32,000 bases of DNA from Candidatus Saccharimonadota bacterium. GTDB taxonomy: Bacteria > Patescibacteriota > Saccharimonadia > Saccharimonadales > Saccharimonadaceae. Location of the stretch: the NCBI GenBank assembly GCA_001897305.1, contig MKSO01000001.1, positions 360,001 to 392,000 on the forward strand, written 5' to 3'. The translations under genes were made by a program, and so were the position numbers. This document shows positions 15,747 to 26,197 of the stretch, piece by piece (positions within the stretch are counted from its first letter, which is position 1; the number at the start of each line of letters is the position of its first letter). A model generated the notes under the pieces. The model did not search any database and was not told the origin of the DNA. It saw only the letters and a list, made by a program, of their open reading frames with translations.

Positions 15747-16268
15747 ATGAATCAAGAAATAGCACCGGATGGTAAATCTCCACGTTTCAAACCCCTTATT
15801 ATGCGTTCACCGCTACTAGCTGTAGGAATTATACTAGCCGTCGTGGCCGTATTTGCTGCTTTGGCTGCAACGACTTATAAAGATCATAATTGGGCGCTTG
15901 GACTGGCTCCACAACGTAACGCCAAAGAAATTGAATCGGTTAAACAAGCAGTTCGAAGTGCCGCGCCAGCTGATACGTTAGACATATACGTTGCCAACAG
16001 TAATACGAGCGGTACGCCATTCGGTCATGCTATGACTGTGAATGTACTTTTAAGCTCCGTTAATGCCGAAAAGTATAATATAGAGGAAATTGGTAGCCAC
16101 ATAATGACTGCTCTATTTTCAAACAAACTGAAAGACACGTATGCTATTACGATTGGTTATGATGTACCAGGTGGAATCGAATCTAGTGAGGGTGTCGACA
16201 CCCGGCCTATCACCAGCGCAAAAGATATCTTTGATCCTATCTTTGAGCAGAAAATGACGGTAAAATAA
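15747..16268 (+). CDS. Hypothetical membrane-anchored protein
   Basis: 173-aa ORF with one TM helix (LLAVGIILAVVAVFAALAA). No recognised motif. Confidence 0.55.
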   Translation: MNQEIAPDGKSPRFKPLIMRSPLLAVGIILAVVAVFAALAATTYKDHNWALGLAPQRNAKEIESVKQAVRSAAPADTLDIYVANSNTSGTPFGHAMTVNVLLSSVNAEKYNIEEIGSHIMTALFSNKLKDTYAITIGYDVPGGIESSEGVDTRPITSAKDIFDPIFEQKMTVK

Positions 16269-16272
16269 ACTG

Positions 16273-17082
16273 ATGGAATCCTTCCTCCACTGGCTACACC
16301 ACGAAGGCCTACAGGCTCTGTTTATTATTGCTGGCGCAATTATCGCTATGTACGTCGGTACGTTTATATTGAATATTGTCGTTGGGCAATTTGTGCGTGG
16401 CAAGCTCCGAAAAGCCTCAAAGCTAGATATCGAGAAGCGTCAAAAAACCCTTGGTTCACTCGTAAAAACTGTTTGGCGTATTTTAGTCATTGCTGTTGCG
16501 GCCGCCTCACTCCTTAAACTCATTCTTCCAACAATAGACTTTACTCCCCTGTTTGCCAGCGCTGGTATTATTGGAATCGCTATTGCTTTTGGTGCTCAAA
16601 CACTTGTAAAAGACTTTTTAACCGGCGTATTTATTATTAGCGAAAATCAATACCGCGTGGGCGACATTGTGAGTATTAATGATGCCGATGGGCGTGTTGA
16701 ACATATTGGTGCGCGTTCGACGGTGATCCGCGACGAGAACGGCAATGTTCACTATTTGCCAAACGGGTCAATTGGGCATGTAGTGAATAAGACCATGGGC
16801 TACAGCCGTGTATACTTTACGTTGTTACTGCAAGCTTCTACTGACCTTGATGCGGCAGTGAGTGTTATAAACCAGGTGGGCGACCGGCTGGCTGAAAGTG
16901 ACAAATGGAAAGATCGCGTGTTAAGTGCTCCGCAGTTTCATTCGATTGGTGCGGTTACGGGAAGTTCTATTGAAGTATCTATTAGCGGTAAAGTGAATGC
17001 TTCCGAACAATGGGCGGTTACCACTGAAATGCGCCGCCGCCTATTAAAGGCTTTTGATAAGCACGATATTAAGCTGGCGTAG
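16273..17082 (+). CDS. Small-conductance mechanosensitive channel (MscS family)
   Basis: Three N-terminal TM helices, then FGAQTLVKDFLTGVFIISENQYRVGDIV...GRVEHIGARSTVIRDENGNVHYLPN, the MscS beta-domain signature. TAAAAT lies 6 nt before the ATG. Confidence 0.85.
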   Translation: MESFLHWLHHEGLQALFIIAGAIIAMYVGTFILNIVVGQFVRGKLRKASKLDIEKRQKTLGSLVKTVWRILVIAVAAASLLKLILPTIDFTPLFASAGIIGIAIAFGAQTLVKDFLTGVFIISENQYRVGDIVSINDADGRVEHIGARSTVIRDENGNVHYLPNGSIGHVVNKTMGYSRVYFTLLLQASTDLDAAVSVINQVGDRLAESDKWKDRVLSAPQFHSIGAVTGSSIEVSISGKVNASEQWAVTTEMRRRLLKAFDKHDIKLA

Positions 17083-17128
17083 TTTTCACCGCTCCAGTGG
17101 CCCTTTTCCATTTTTAAGCAAATCAGCG

Positions 17129-17751
17129 TTAGGCTTTGCCGCCTTGGTTAAGTACCTGCTTATTACCAACCGAACCGTCTTCGTTGATCTCATACATTAC
17201 TACTTCGCCAGTACCAATTTCGAGCTCATGTACGTGGTCGTCATCAACTTCGTCGAGGTCTTTCATAAGAGCCCGCAACGTATTGCCGTGGGCGGCGACG
17301 ATAACATTCTTACCTTCTTTTAAATCTTCAAGGATTGTTTCTTGGTAGTAGGGCAACACACGGGCATGGACATCTTTAAGTGTTTCGCCATTTGGTACTG
17401 GGTGGTCCCAAGTACGGCGGAGTTTAGTGAACTCTTCTTCGCCAATGGTATCTTTAATTTCCCATTTGTTTTTTGCCTGGTAATCACCGTAGTGACGCTC
17501 GTTCAAAGCATCGTGGTGGGTTGTTTCAAGCTCGGTGTGCGATAATGCACTTTTAATTTCTTCCAACGTTTGTTGTGCGCGGCTTAAGCCGGAGGCATAG
17601 GCCTTGTGAAGCGTGATGTCGCGTAGATGCTCGGCGGCAGCCCGGGCTTCGGCCCTTCCCTGTTCAGTTAAGGCGACGTCTTCTTGGCCGGTCCATAGCC
17701 CAAGTGCGTTCCATTCAGACTGTCCATGGCGAACCAGAACGAGGTAGGCCA

Positions 17752-17752
<1 letters not shown>
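17129..17752 (-). CDS. gpmA: 2,3-bisphosphoglycerate-dependent phosphoglycerate mutase (histidine phosphatase family)
   Basis: LVRHGQSEWN catalytic-His motif, GLSRAQQT, AAHGNTLRAL. The start overlaps the eno stop (TAATG at 17750-17754). Confidence 0.85.
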
Positions 17753-19062
<1,310 letters not shown>

Positions 19063-19135
19063 TTAAACAACCTTCTTAGTATACGCCTAATTTGTTTTGT
19101 GATTAAGATCCTTATGTATTTTTCTGTCGCAGAAG

Positions 19136-19144
19136 TGCTATAGT
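19136..19144 (+). promoter_or_regulatory. Extended -10 (TGcTATAGT) exactly 6 nt before the ATG at 19151
   Basis: tgctatagt-ataagc-ATG. Confidence 0.45.
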
Positions 19145-19150
19145 ATAAGC

Positions 19151-21502
19151 ATGAAAAACGGTGGGTACGAAGAAGCTGCACGACTCATTGCCGATCTTAC
19201 GATCGAGCAGAAAGTCGCGTTACTTTCGGGCAAGGATTTTTGGACAACAAAAGCGATTGGCGATATTCCGTCTATCACTATGACGGATGGTCCCCATGGG
19301 GTGAGGTTATCGCAAACTGGTCTTGAGGGCGAGCCGGCAACCTGCTTCCCTACTGCTAGTGCTTTGGCGGCAACCTGGAACCCTGAATTGGCCCACAAGG
19401 TTGGCGAAGCGATTGGTATTGAAGCGCAGTCGCTTAATGTGCACGTGGTACTGGGGCCGGGTGTTAATATGAAACGCTCGCCACTTGGTGGGCGCAACTT
19501 CGAGTATTTAAGCGAAGACCCGTACCTTACGGCTGAAATGGCCATCGCATATATTAAAGGTATGCAAAGCCAGGGTGTAGGCACTAGCTTAAAGCATTTT
19601 GCGGCTAACAACCAGGAATACGAGCGGATGCGTAGCAGCTCGGATGTTGACGAGCGTACCTTGCATGAAATATACCTACGCGCCTTTGAGCTAACAGTAA
19701 AAGAAGCGCAGCCATGGTCTTTGATGGCCTCATATAACCTTATTAATGGCACGCGCGCTACGGAATCTGGCTGGTTGTTGCAAGATTTACTTCGTGACCA
19801 GTGGGGTCATGAAGGCATTGTTGTATCTGACTGGATGGCGGCGGCTATTGGTAGGCCGGCGGCGGTCAAGGCTGGCACGCACCTGGAAATGCCAGGTGGC
19901 AGTCCTGAAACAACCAAGGATATTATGGCCGCGCTTGAAGACGGTTCTTTGTCTGTTGAAGATATCGACACTCGCGCTATTCAGTTGGTCGCTAATATTA
20001 TAAAAGTAGCTCGTTTGGCTCGGCCTGGTGTTACTTATGATGTTGATGAGCACCATGCTTTGGCTAAAACGGTGGTGACTGAGGCTATTACTTTACTTAA
20101 AAATGATGCCCTCCTGCCTATTGAACCTGGAACAATTAAAAAGCTAGCTGTTGTTGGTTACTTTGCAAAACACCCTCGCTTTCAAGGTGGTGGCAGTTCG
20201 CAAATTACACCTACAAAAGTCGACACACTCTTGGCTGCCTTGCAGAACATATATGGCCAAGATGTGGAGATGTACTATGCTGAAGGTTTTCGCGCCGACG
20301 GGAGCACTTCTGCACATTTGCTTGATGACGCATTAAGAGCCGCTAAGGCAGCTGACGTAACTATTGTCGCAGCCGGCTTGCCATCCGAGTGGGAATTCGA
20401 AGGTGTGGATCGTCCAACCCTCGAACTGCCAGCAGGTATTAATAAAGTGATTGATACGATTGCTTCATCTGGTGCCGAAACAGTAGTGACGCTGACAAAT
20501 GGTTCGGCTGTAGCGCTACCGTGGCTCGATAAAGCCTCGGCCGTTATTGAGGGCTGGTTGACCGGCCAAGCGGGCGCGTCAGCAATGGCCGAAGTAATAG
20601 CCGGTGTCGTAACCCCATCGGGTCGCTTATCGGAAACCTTCCCTCTGCGCATTGAGGATACGCCACCCTATCCCGACTTCCCAAACAAAACGGGTCACGC
20701 CTGCTATGGCGAAGGTGTATTTATTGGGTACCGATGGTATAGCACCAGGAATATTGCGCCGCAATTTGCTTTTGGCTACGGGCTAAGCTACACCACGTTC
20801 GAATACAGCAATCTAAAGGTCTCCAGTGAAACGCCATTTGACGACGAGGTAATGACCGTTAGGTGCACAGTTACAAATACTGGTAAACGAAATGGCAAAG
20901 AAGTTGTACAGCTATATATTGCGAACCATGATCAATCCGAGGTGCATCCAGAGCGTGAATTAAAGAAGTTTGCCAAGGTTGCGCTAGACCCCGGCGAATC
21001 CAAAGAGGTAGTGTTTGAACTTTCTGCAAAGGATTTTGCGTTTTACAGCCTGCCGCGCCATGCCTGGGCGACTGTTGCCGGTAGCTATAGCATTATTGTG
21101 GCTCGCTCGGCACAGGATGCCGACCTTGAAACGACTATTACCATGCAGGCGCGTCACCCTGAAGTTGCGGCTATTACCCACCAATCGTTATTAAAAGAGC
21201 TGGCAGCTCACCCACGGGGTCGTAAAATCTACGAACTCATGGCCTCGCAAATGGCACGGGCGTTTGGCGGCGATGATGCGAAAAAGTATGCCGAAAATAC
21301 CGATACTTTACTGACACTGGTTGGCGATTTGCCAATTGGCCGTTTGCCAGCAATTTCTGGCGGCTTAATGCCCCGTTCATTCATTGATGGAATTATTACG
21401 TACTGTCGGCATGATAAGGGCTTCCACCCGCTCGAAAGCTTTGCCTATTATAAAGAAGTTGCCGCTCTAATTGTTAGGGCTGTTACGCAGCGAAAGCCTT
21501 AG
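19151..21502 (+). CDS. Glycoside hydrolase family 3 beta-glucosidase-like enzyme (BglX-type, with a C-terminal Fn3-like domain and a tail)
   Basis: GPHGVR, KHFAANNQE, the nucleophile region GIVVSDW, the GH3 C-terminal domain (VVGYFA...GGGSS) and the Fn3-like segment GKEVVQLYI...ELKKFAKV.L.PGESKEV.F. Confidence 0.9.
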   Translation: MKNGGYEEAARLIADLTIEQKVALLSGKDFWTTKAIGDIPSITMTDGPHGVRLSQTGLEGEPATCFPTASALAATWNPELAHKVGEAIGIEAQSLNVHVVLGPGVNMKRSPLGGRNFEYLSEDPYLTAEMAIAYIKGMQSQGVGTSLKHFAANNQEYERMRSSSDVDERTLHEIYLRAFELTVKEAQPWSLMASYNLINGTRATESGWLLQDLLRDQWGHEGIVVSDWMAAAIGRPAAVKAGTHLEMPGGSPETTKDIMAALEDGSLSVEDIDTRAIQLVANIIKVARLARPGVTYDVDEHHALAKTVVTEAITLLKNDALLPIEPGTIKKLAVVGYFAKHPRFQGGGSSQITPTKVDTLLAALQNIYGQDVEMYYAEGFRADGSTSAHLLDDALRAAKAADVTIVAAGLPSEWEFEGVDRPTLELPAGINKVIDTIASSGAETVVTLTNGSAVALPWLDKASAVIEGWLTGQAGASAMAEVIAGVVTPSGRLSETFPLRIEDTPPYPDFPNKTGHACYGEGVFIGYRWYSTRNIAPQFAFGYGLSYTTFEYSNLKVSSETPFDDEVMTVRCTVTNTGKRNGKEVVQLYIANHDQSEVHPERELKKFAKVALDPGESKEVVFELSAKDFAFYSLPRHAWATVAGSYSIIVARSAQDADLETTITMQARHPEVAAITHQSLLKELAAHPRGRKIYELMASQMARAFGGDDAKKYAENTDTLLTLVGDLPIGRLPAISGGLMPRSFIDGIITYCRHDKGFHPLESFAYYKEVAALIVRAVTQRKP

Positions 21503-21516
21503 GAGGGGCTCGCACC

Positions 21517-22767
21517 ATGGTACAAAAAAGAACTAAAACGAATACACCGACGCCAGTTAAGAAATCGTTTATTTTTCGTTACACAGCCGCAACCGCTGGT
21601 TTATATGCAGCGCTTTTAACACCGGTAATTGTAGGACTGTCGCTCAAGCTTATTTCGATTGATGCGCAGAATGCCACTACAAATTTAGCTTTGGTTGCAG
21701 GCGTGGGCGCATTTTTGGCTGTTATTGCCAACCCCTTATTTGGACGACTATCTGACCGCACGACTTCACGGCTTGGCATGCGTCGTCCATGGCTATTAGG
21801 TGGCTCGGTAACGGGTGTGTTGGGCCTTCTTGTTATTGCGCTTAGCAATACTGTTCCTGGCATCTTAATTGGCTGGTGTATCGCTCAGGTGGCGTTTAAC
21901 GCAACCTTAGCAGCTTTAACGGCAGTTATTGCCGATCAAGTTCCTTCTAAGCAACGTGGTACGGTATCGGGGTTTGTGGGTATCGCTCAAGGTGTCGGTA
22001 TATTAGCCGGTGTCGCCATCGCCCAGATTTTTACCGGTCAGTTGTTTTGGATATTCTTTGCCCCTGGTCTTGTCGGTTTGCTTGCAGTATTCATATTTGC
22101 CTTTACTCTACGTGATCGACGCCTACCAAAGGGCCACCAGCCTCCGTACGACTTTAAAGCTTTCATTATGAGCTTCTGGACCAACCCATTTACTCACCCC
22201 GACTTTGGCTGGGCCTGGATAAGCCGGTTCTCTATTTTGCTAGCACTGTCATTCCTTACAACCTATCAGACGTTTTACCTCATTCGTCATTTGGGGATAT
22301 CTGAAAAGGACGTAACGACCTATGTGTTTCTCGGGACTATTACGACTATTGGTATTTTGATTGTTGGAAGTATCGTCGGTGGGTTACTATCTGATAAGTT
22401 CCATCGACGTAAGCGTTTTGTGTGGTTGTCTGCCTTGTTGTGTGGTGTGGGGTTGTACCTACTGGCGACCGGTGACTCAATTGGTATGTATTTGCTAGCA
22501 GCCGGAACCATGGGGTTGGCGCAGGGTGCCTATATGGCAGTTGACCTCGCGCTTGTAACGGAGGTTTTGCCAAGTAAAAAAGATACAGCTAAAGACTTGG
22601 GCGTTATTAATATCGCCAATGCCCTGCCGCAGTCAGTCGCTCCTGCTATTGCACCCTTCTTTTTGGCTATTGGCGGGCCTGACAACTTTACTTCTTTGTT
22701 CCTAGCGGCAGGTATCTTTGCGGCCCTAGCGGCAGTTGCCATCTTCCCTATTCGCGGTGTTCGATAG
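21517..22767 (+). CDS. MFS transporter (probable glycoside/sugar:cation symporter partner of the GH3 enzyme)
   Basis: 416 aa, about 12 TM helices, G.LSDR....G.RRPW motif (FGRLSDRTTSRLGMRRPW). A strong SD (aggagg) lies 8 nt upstream and the gene starts 14 nt after the GH3 stop. Confidence 0.8.
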   Translation: MVQKRTKTNTPTPVKKSFIFRYTAATAGLYAALLTPVIVGLSLKLISIDAQNATTNLALVAGVGAFLAVIANPLFGRLSDRTTSRLGMRRPWLLGGSVTGVLGLLVIALSNTVPGILIGWCIAQVAFNATLAALTAVIADQVPSKQRGTVSGFVGIAQGVGILAGVAIAQIFTGQLFWIFFAPGLVGLLAVFIFAFTLRDRRLPKGHQPPYDFKAFIMSFWTNPFTHPDFGWAWISRFSILLALSFLTTYQTFYLIRHLGISEKDVTTYVFLGTITTIGILIVGSIVGGLLSDKFHRRKRFVWLSALLCGVGLYLLATGDSIGMYLLAAGTMGLAQGAYMAVDLALVTEVLPSKKDTAKDLGVINIANALPQSVAPAIAPFFLAIGGPDNFTSLFLAAGIFAALAAVAIFPIRGVR

Positions 22768-22773
22768 TACTAT
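22768..22773 (+). promoter_or_regulatory. -10 box (TACTAT) exactly 6 nt before the ATG at 22780
   Basis: tactat-aggtac-ATG. Confidence 0.35.
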
Positions 22774-22779
22774 AGGTAC

Positions 22780-23322
22780 ATGACATCACTTGCTGAGTAT
22801 TTAAAAACACCCGGTGCGGTTGCCGTTATTCCAACTGATACCGTGTATGGAGTAGTTGCGCGCGCCGCCGACCCTGAGGCTGTCGCAAAGCTTTATGCTC
22901 TTAAAAACCGCCATGCCAAACCCGGCACGCTCATTGCAGCCAGTATTGATCAGCTGGTTGCGCTGGGTTTTAAGCGCCGCTATGTAACTGCAGTTGAACA
23001 GTTTTGGCCCGGTGCCGTGAGTGTTATTATCCCCTGTGCTCACTTAGAGTATTTACATCAAGGTGTAGGTAGTTTAGCGGTGCGTATCCCAGATGATCCA
23101 TGGCTTATTGAACTTCTGTCTCAAACCGGTCCCCTGCAAACGAGTAGCGCTAACCAACCTGGCGAGCCGCCAGCAACTACAGTTCAAGAAGCGAAAGACT
23201 ATTTCGGTGATGAAGTTGCTTGGTACGAGGATGGTGGTGTGGTAGATCGTCCGTCATCTACGGTTATTCAAGTTATTGACGATGCCATCGAAGTAGTGCG
23301 CCAAGGCGCTGTTAAACTGTAA
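22780..23322 (+). CDS. tsaC: L-threonylcarbamoyladenylate synthase, YrdC/TsaC domain
   Basis: VIPTDTVYGVVARA...K.R...KP..LI..S......PG.VS.I......LAVRIP......LL...GPL.TSSAN..GEP matches the YrdC fold signature. Confidence 0.8.
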   Translation: MTSLAEYLKTPGAVAVIPTDTVYGVVARAADPEAVAKLYALKNRHAKPGTLIAASIDQLVALGFKRRYVTAVEQFWPGAVSVIIPCAHLEYLHQGVGSLAVRIPDDPWLIELLSQTGPLQTSSANQPGEPPATTVQEAKDYFGDEVAWYEDGGVVDRPSSTVIQVIDDAIEVVRQGAVKL

Positions 23323-23324
23323 AT

Positions 23325-24053
23325 CTATGCGCCTAACCGCGTAATAATAAAAATACAGACAACCCCCGTGATGGTGAGCCCGATAGTGGCATAGGCGGAC
23401 ACTTTACTGTGGGCCTGAGGCAGTATGTTACTTGCCGCAATATACAAAAGTACGCCAGCGAAGAAACCTAGGTATAGTGCCAGGGCAGCTTCGGATAGCG
23501 GAAGGATAAGACTAACTAGACCACCAGCAATTGGGGCGATAACCACAAGGCTAATAAGGTGGATAATTTGCTTTTTGCTATTTTTGTTAAGCAACATAAA
23601 ATTGGCCGTATCGAAGCCGTCGGCAAAACGGTGGCCGAGTACAGCCAGCGTAACAGCAATACCTACCGAAGTATTAATTTGAAAGGCAACGCCAATACTG
23701 AGGCCGTCAAAAAAACTATGGCCCGCAAGTGCGACAGCACGAGCGATACCCATTTTGGGGTGGCGATGGGTTTTGTAGTCCTCTTCACTCCCCTCGTGGA
23801 CCAAAATAAATTTTTCAATAGCATGAAATAATAAAAATCCACCAACAAATAACGCCATTGGCCATGCTATATCCAAGCCGCTACGTTCACTGCCTTCAAA
23901 TACTTCTGGAAGAAGGTCGAAGCCAACCAGCCCAAGAATAAGGCCCGATGTAAGTGCGATGGCGAGGGGTAGATGTTTGCGGGTTTTTATGGCAGTATAT
24001 CCGCCAGCAAGAGCGGCTAAAGCAGCAGCGATAGTAAGAAGTATTATGAGCAT
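23325..24053 (-). CDS. ZIP family divalent-metal transporter (ZupT-like)
   Basis: 8 TM helices with HSFFDGLSIG and GHRFADGF (the HxxxDG motifs of ZIP permeases). TATACT (24060-24065 on the minus strand) lies exactly 6 nt before the ATG. Confidence 0.85.
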   Translation of the reverse strand: MLIILLTIAAALAALAGGYTAIKTRKHLPLAIALTSGLILGLVGFDLLPEVFEGSERSGLDIAWPMALFVGGFLLFHAIEKFILVHEGSEEDYKTHRHPKMGIARAVALAGHSFFDGLSIGVAFQINTSVGIAVTLAVLGHRFADGFDTANFMLLNKNSKKQIIHLISLVVIAPIAGGLVSLILPLSEAALALYLGFFAGVLLYIAASNILPQAHSKVSAYATIGLTITGVVCIFIITRLGA

Positions 24054-24059
24054 ATATGA

Positions 24060-24065
24060 AGTATA
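24060..24065 (-). promoter_or_regulatory. -10 box (TATACT) exactly 6 nt before the ATG at 24053
   Basis: The reverse complement reads tatact-tcatat-ATG. Confidence 0.4.
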
Positions 24066-24077
24066 GAATGTAATATG

Positions 24078-24698
24078 TTAATTCCCAAGCTCTTTGAGTT
24101 TGGTGGCTGATGTAACCAGTCCAAACCCTTGCTGACCAGGTTCTAATATCCGACCGTGAGATAAAGAGCCAAGGATGACCGGTTCAAACCCTAGGTCCGA
24201 CACGATAGCTGCGACATTTGTGGTGGCCTGGTTGCTATCGGAAGCTAGGGCTAATGCTTTTCGTTCATCCGAACCCGCGGGTCGGGCCCAATCTCGTAAT
24301 TCATGATAGCCCATATGGCTAAAAGCTTTAACTACCCTACTCTCTGGCAGGAATTGCTGAATAGCTTCGCTTGAAGACAGTGTTTCGGGGATAATTTCCT
24401 CGCGTGGTCCGTCAACTTCTGGCCAGTGGTTTGTTGCATCAATAACAATTTTACCTTTGAGTGATTCGACTGGTAGCTGGCGGAATTTACCCAAAGGAAT
24501 AGCCAGGATAATCACCTCTGCCCACTGCGCAACATCCTTGGTCGTCATGGCAATAGCCCCAGGGGTAAGTACCTTCACCGATAGGGCTATTTTTTGAGTG
24601 TCGCCAGAGCCAGATACGGCTACTTCATAGCCTGCTTTTAGGGCAAGTTGCGCTAAGGTAATACCTAGTTTACCAGCCCCTATGATGCCGAGTTTCAT
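24078..24698 (-). CDS. NADP oxidoreductase, coenzyme-F420-dependent family (NpdG/F420_oxidored-like Rossmann protein)
   Basis: MKLGIIGAGKLGITLA dinucleotide-binding loop, about 200 aa, with the overall pattern of the PF03807-type family. The start overlaps the upstream LLM stop (ATGA-type overlap at 24695-24698). Confidence 0.7.
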   Translation of the reverse strand: MKLGIIGAGKLGITLAQLALKAGYEVAVSGSGDTQKIALSVKVLTPGAIAMTTKDVAQWAEVIILAIPLGKFRQLPVESLKGKIVIDATNHWPEVDGPREEIIPETLSSSEAIQQFLPESRVVKAFSHMGYHELRDWARPAGSDERKALALASDSNQATTNVAAIVSDLGFEPVILGSLSHGRILEPGQQGFGLVTSATKLKELGN

Positions 24699-25750
24699 TG
24701 GCTTAGAAGTTCCTTTACCATGGGAATAACTTTCGTGCCGTACAGCTCAACCATTTTCAAGCGCGCTTCAGCACTAACAGGGCCACCGCCATACACCATA
24801 TCGAAGGTGCGGGCATCAAGCGCTTTCATGGCTTTGGCTATCTTTTTAGCAACCGTTTCCGGAGAGCCGACATATAGTGAACCGTGTTCAATTTCGTATA
24901 AGAATTGCTCGCGGGTGTAAGGTGGCCATCCGCGGGTCTTGCCGATGCGGTCCCAGCTGGTTTTGAAGGCTGGCCAAGCTAGCTTACGGGCTTCTTCGTC
25001 GGTTTCGGCAATAAAGCCTGGTGAGTGCATGCCGACCGGATGAGCGGTGGTGCCAAGGTCTTCGGCGGCTTGTCGGTACAGCTCAACATACGGCGCAAAA
25101 CGGTCTGGGGCGCCGCCAATGATCGCTAGAATAAGCGGAAAGTTATAACGAGCAGCCCGAATAACAGATTCCGGTGACCCGCCGACGCCAATCGCGACAC
25201 CGAGCCCTTTTTCGGTTTTAGGGTAGACGTCGGCATTCTTCAATGCAGCACGTGTTTTACCCTCCCAAGTCACTGGCTCTTCTGGAAGTAGTTTTGAAAA
25301 AAGTTCAACTTTCTCTTCAAAAAGTTCGTTGTAGTCACGCAAATCGTAGCCAAATAATGGAAAAGATTCAGTAAATGAACCGCGGCCCAAAATAACCTGG
25401 GCGCGGCCATTAGAAAGTGCATCAACTGTAGCGAAGCGTTCGAATACGCGTACCGGGTCATCCGAACTTAGTACTGTGACGGCCGATGAGAGGGTGATGT
25501 TTTTGGTGCGTGTTGCAATACCCGCGAGGACGGTTTCTGGGCTTGAAATAGAATAATCTGGGCGATGGTGTTCACCAAGCCCGATGCGGTTAATGCCCAG
25601 CTTGTCGGCCAGAATAGCTTCCTCTACTACTTGTCGAATCGCCTCGGGGTGTGACATGAGCGTACCATCGGCTTTTGTAGGCAGATCACCAAAGCTGTCG
25701 AGCCCAAATAAGTACGTATCTGAAGTGGCTTTTTTTGATTGTTTTGTCAT
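24695..25750 (-). CDS. LLM-class (luciferase-like) flavin-dependent oxidoreductase
   Basis: LGINRIGLGEHH...SSPETVLAGIA..T..I.L.SAVTVLS..DPVRV.E.FATVD.LS.GR. The start is placed at the ATG at 25750 (MTKQSKK), which has the SD gaggga about 5 nt upstream. The track ORF starts 4 codons earlier. Confidence 0.8.
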   Translation of the reverse strand: MTKQSKKATSDTYLFGLDSFGDLPTKADGTLMSHPEAIRQVVEEAILADKLGINRIGLGEHHRPDYSISSPETVLAGIATRTKNITLSSAVTVLSSDDPVRVFERFATVDALSNGRAQVILGRGSFTESFPLFGYDLRDYNELFEEKVELFSKLLPEEPVTWEGKTRAALKNADVYPKTEKGLGVAIGVGGSPESVIRAARYNFPLILAIIGGAPDRFAPYVELYRQAAEDLGTTAHPVGMHSPGFIAETDEEARKLAWPAFKTSWDRIGKTRGWPPYTREQFLYEIEHGSLYVGSPETVAKKIAKAMKALDARTFDMVYGGGPVSAEARLKMVELYGTKVIPMVKELLSQ

Positions 25751-25941
25751 AGCTTCCCTCATTGTATCATTTCAATAATTACTATACTTTATATAGTATA
25801 CACGAAAGCGCAGATAGTTGTATACTATAAATGATATAAATCCGCATATCAGTCTGGCCTCGTAGCTCAAGGCACTTACAGATCGACGGTATCAATCGAA
25901 CCTTACACGAGCTGGTCGAATAACATAGTAAGGAGATCACT

Positions 25942-26149
25942 ATGGTTGATCGTGAATCAAAGCGTCTCGAAAAAGAAAAGCGCAACCGCGAAGAGTAAGA
26001 ACGCTGGCAGGAAATGTCAAAGGCTCACTGGAGCCATTGGCGCACCTGGGGTTCTTGGTTTAGCTGGGGCTCACCTATTGGCTTAGGCCTTTGGTTTGTG
26101 CTCATGGCTGCCGCAACTGCTATTCTTATAGTTGCTATTAAGCTCTAGG
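25942..26149 (+). other. Small ORF pair in one frame: an 18-codon ORF with the strongest SD in the window, an in-frame TAA, then a 44-50 codon ORF encoding a Trp-rich single-TM peptide
   Basis: aaggag, 7 nt, then ATG at 25942: MVDRESKRLEKEKRNREE-TAA(25996-25998)-ERWQEMSKAHWSHWRTWGSWFSWGSPIGLGLWFVLMAAATAILIVAIKL, with the stop at 26147-26149. A terminator follows. Confidence 0.3.
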
Positions 26150-26160
26150 GCCCATACGTA

Positions 26161-26197
26161 AAAAATACCGTCGTTTATACAAAGGCGGTATTTTTTA
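26161..26197 (+). terminator. Intrinsic terminator
   Basis: The ataccgtc/ggcggtat stem (26165-26172 pairing with 26184-26191, one G:U pair) is flanked by an A-run and a T-run. Confidence 0.6.

Noticed and set aside
19138-19752. 204-aa minus-strand ORF overlapping the 5' end of the GH3 gene (also 19787-20056 and 20275-20652)
   Set aside because: These are antisense to a full-length GH3 enzyme with conserved motifs. They are shadow ORFs of a GC-richer gene.
25853-25915. tRNA-like stretch ggcctcgtagctcaagg...aatcgaacc...acgagc upstream of the small ORF
   Set aside because: The first 12 nt resemble a tRNA acceptor/D-arm and there is a ..tcgaacc.. T-loop-like string. However, the element is only about 57 nt, the T-stem does not pair and the acceptor pairs for only 5 bp. 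It is more likely a structured 5' leader (helices ctcgt/acgag, aagg/cctt, tcga/tcga) or a coincidence.
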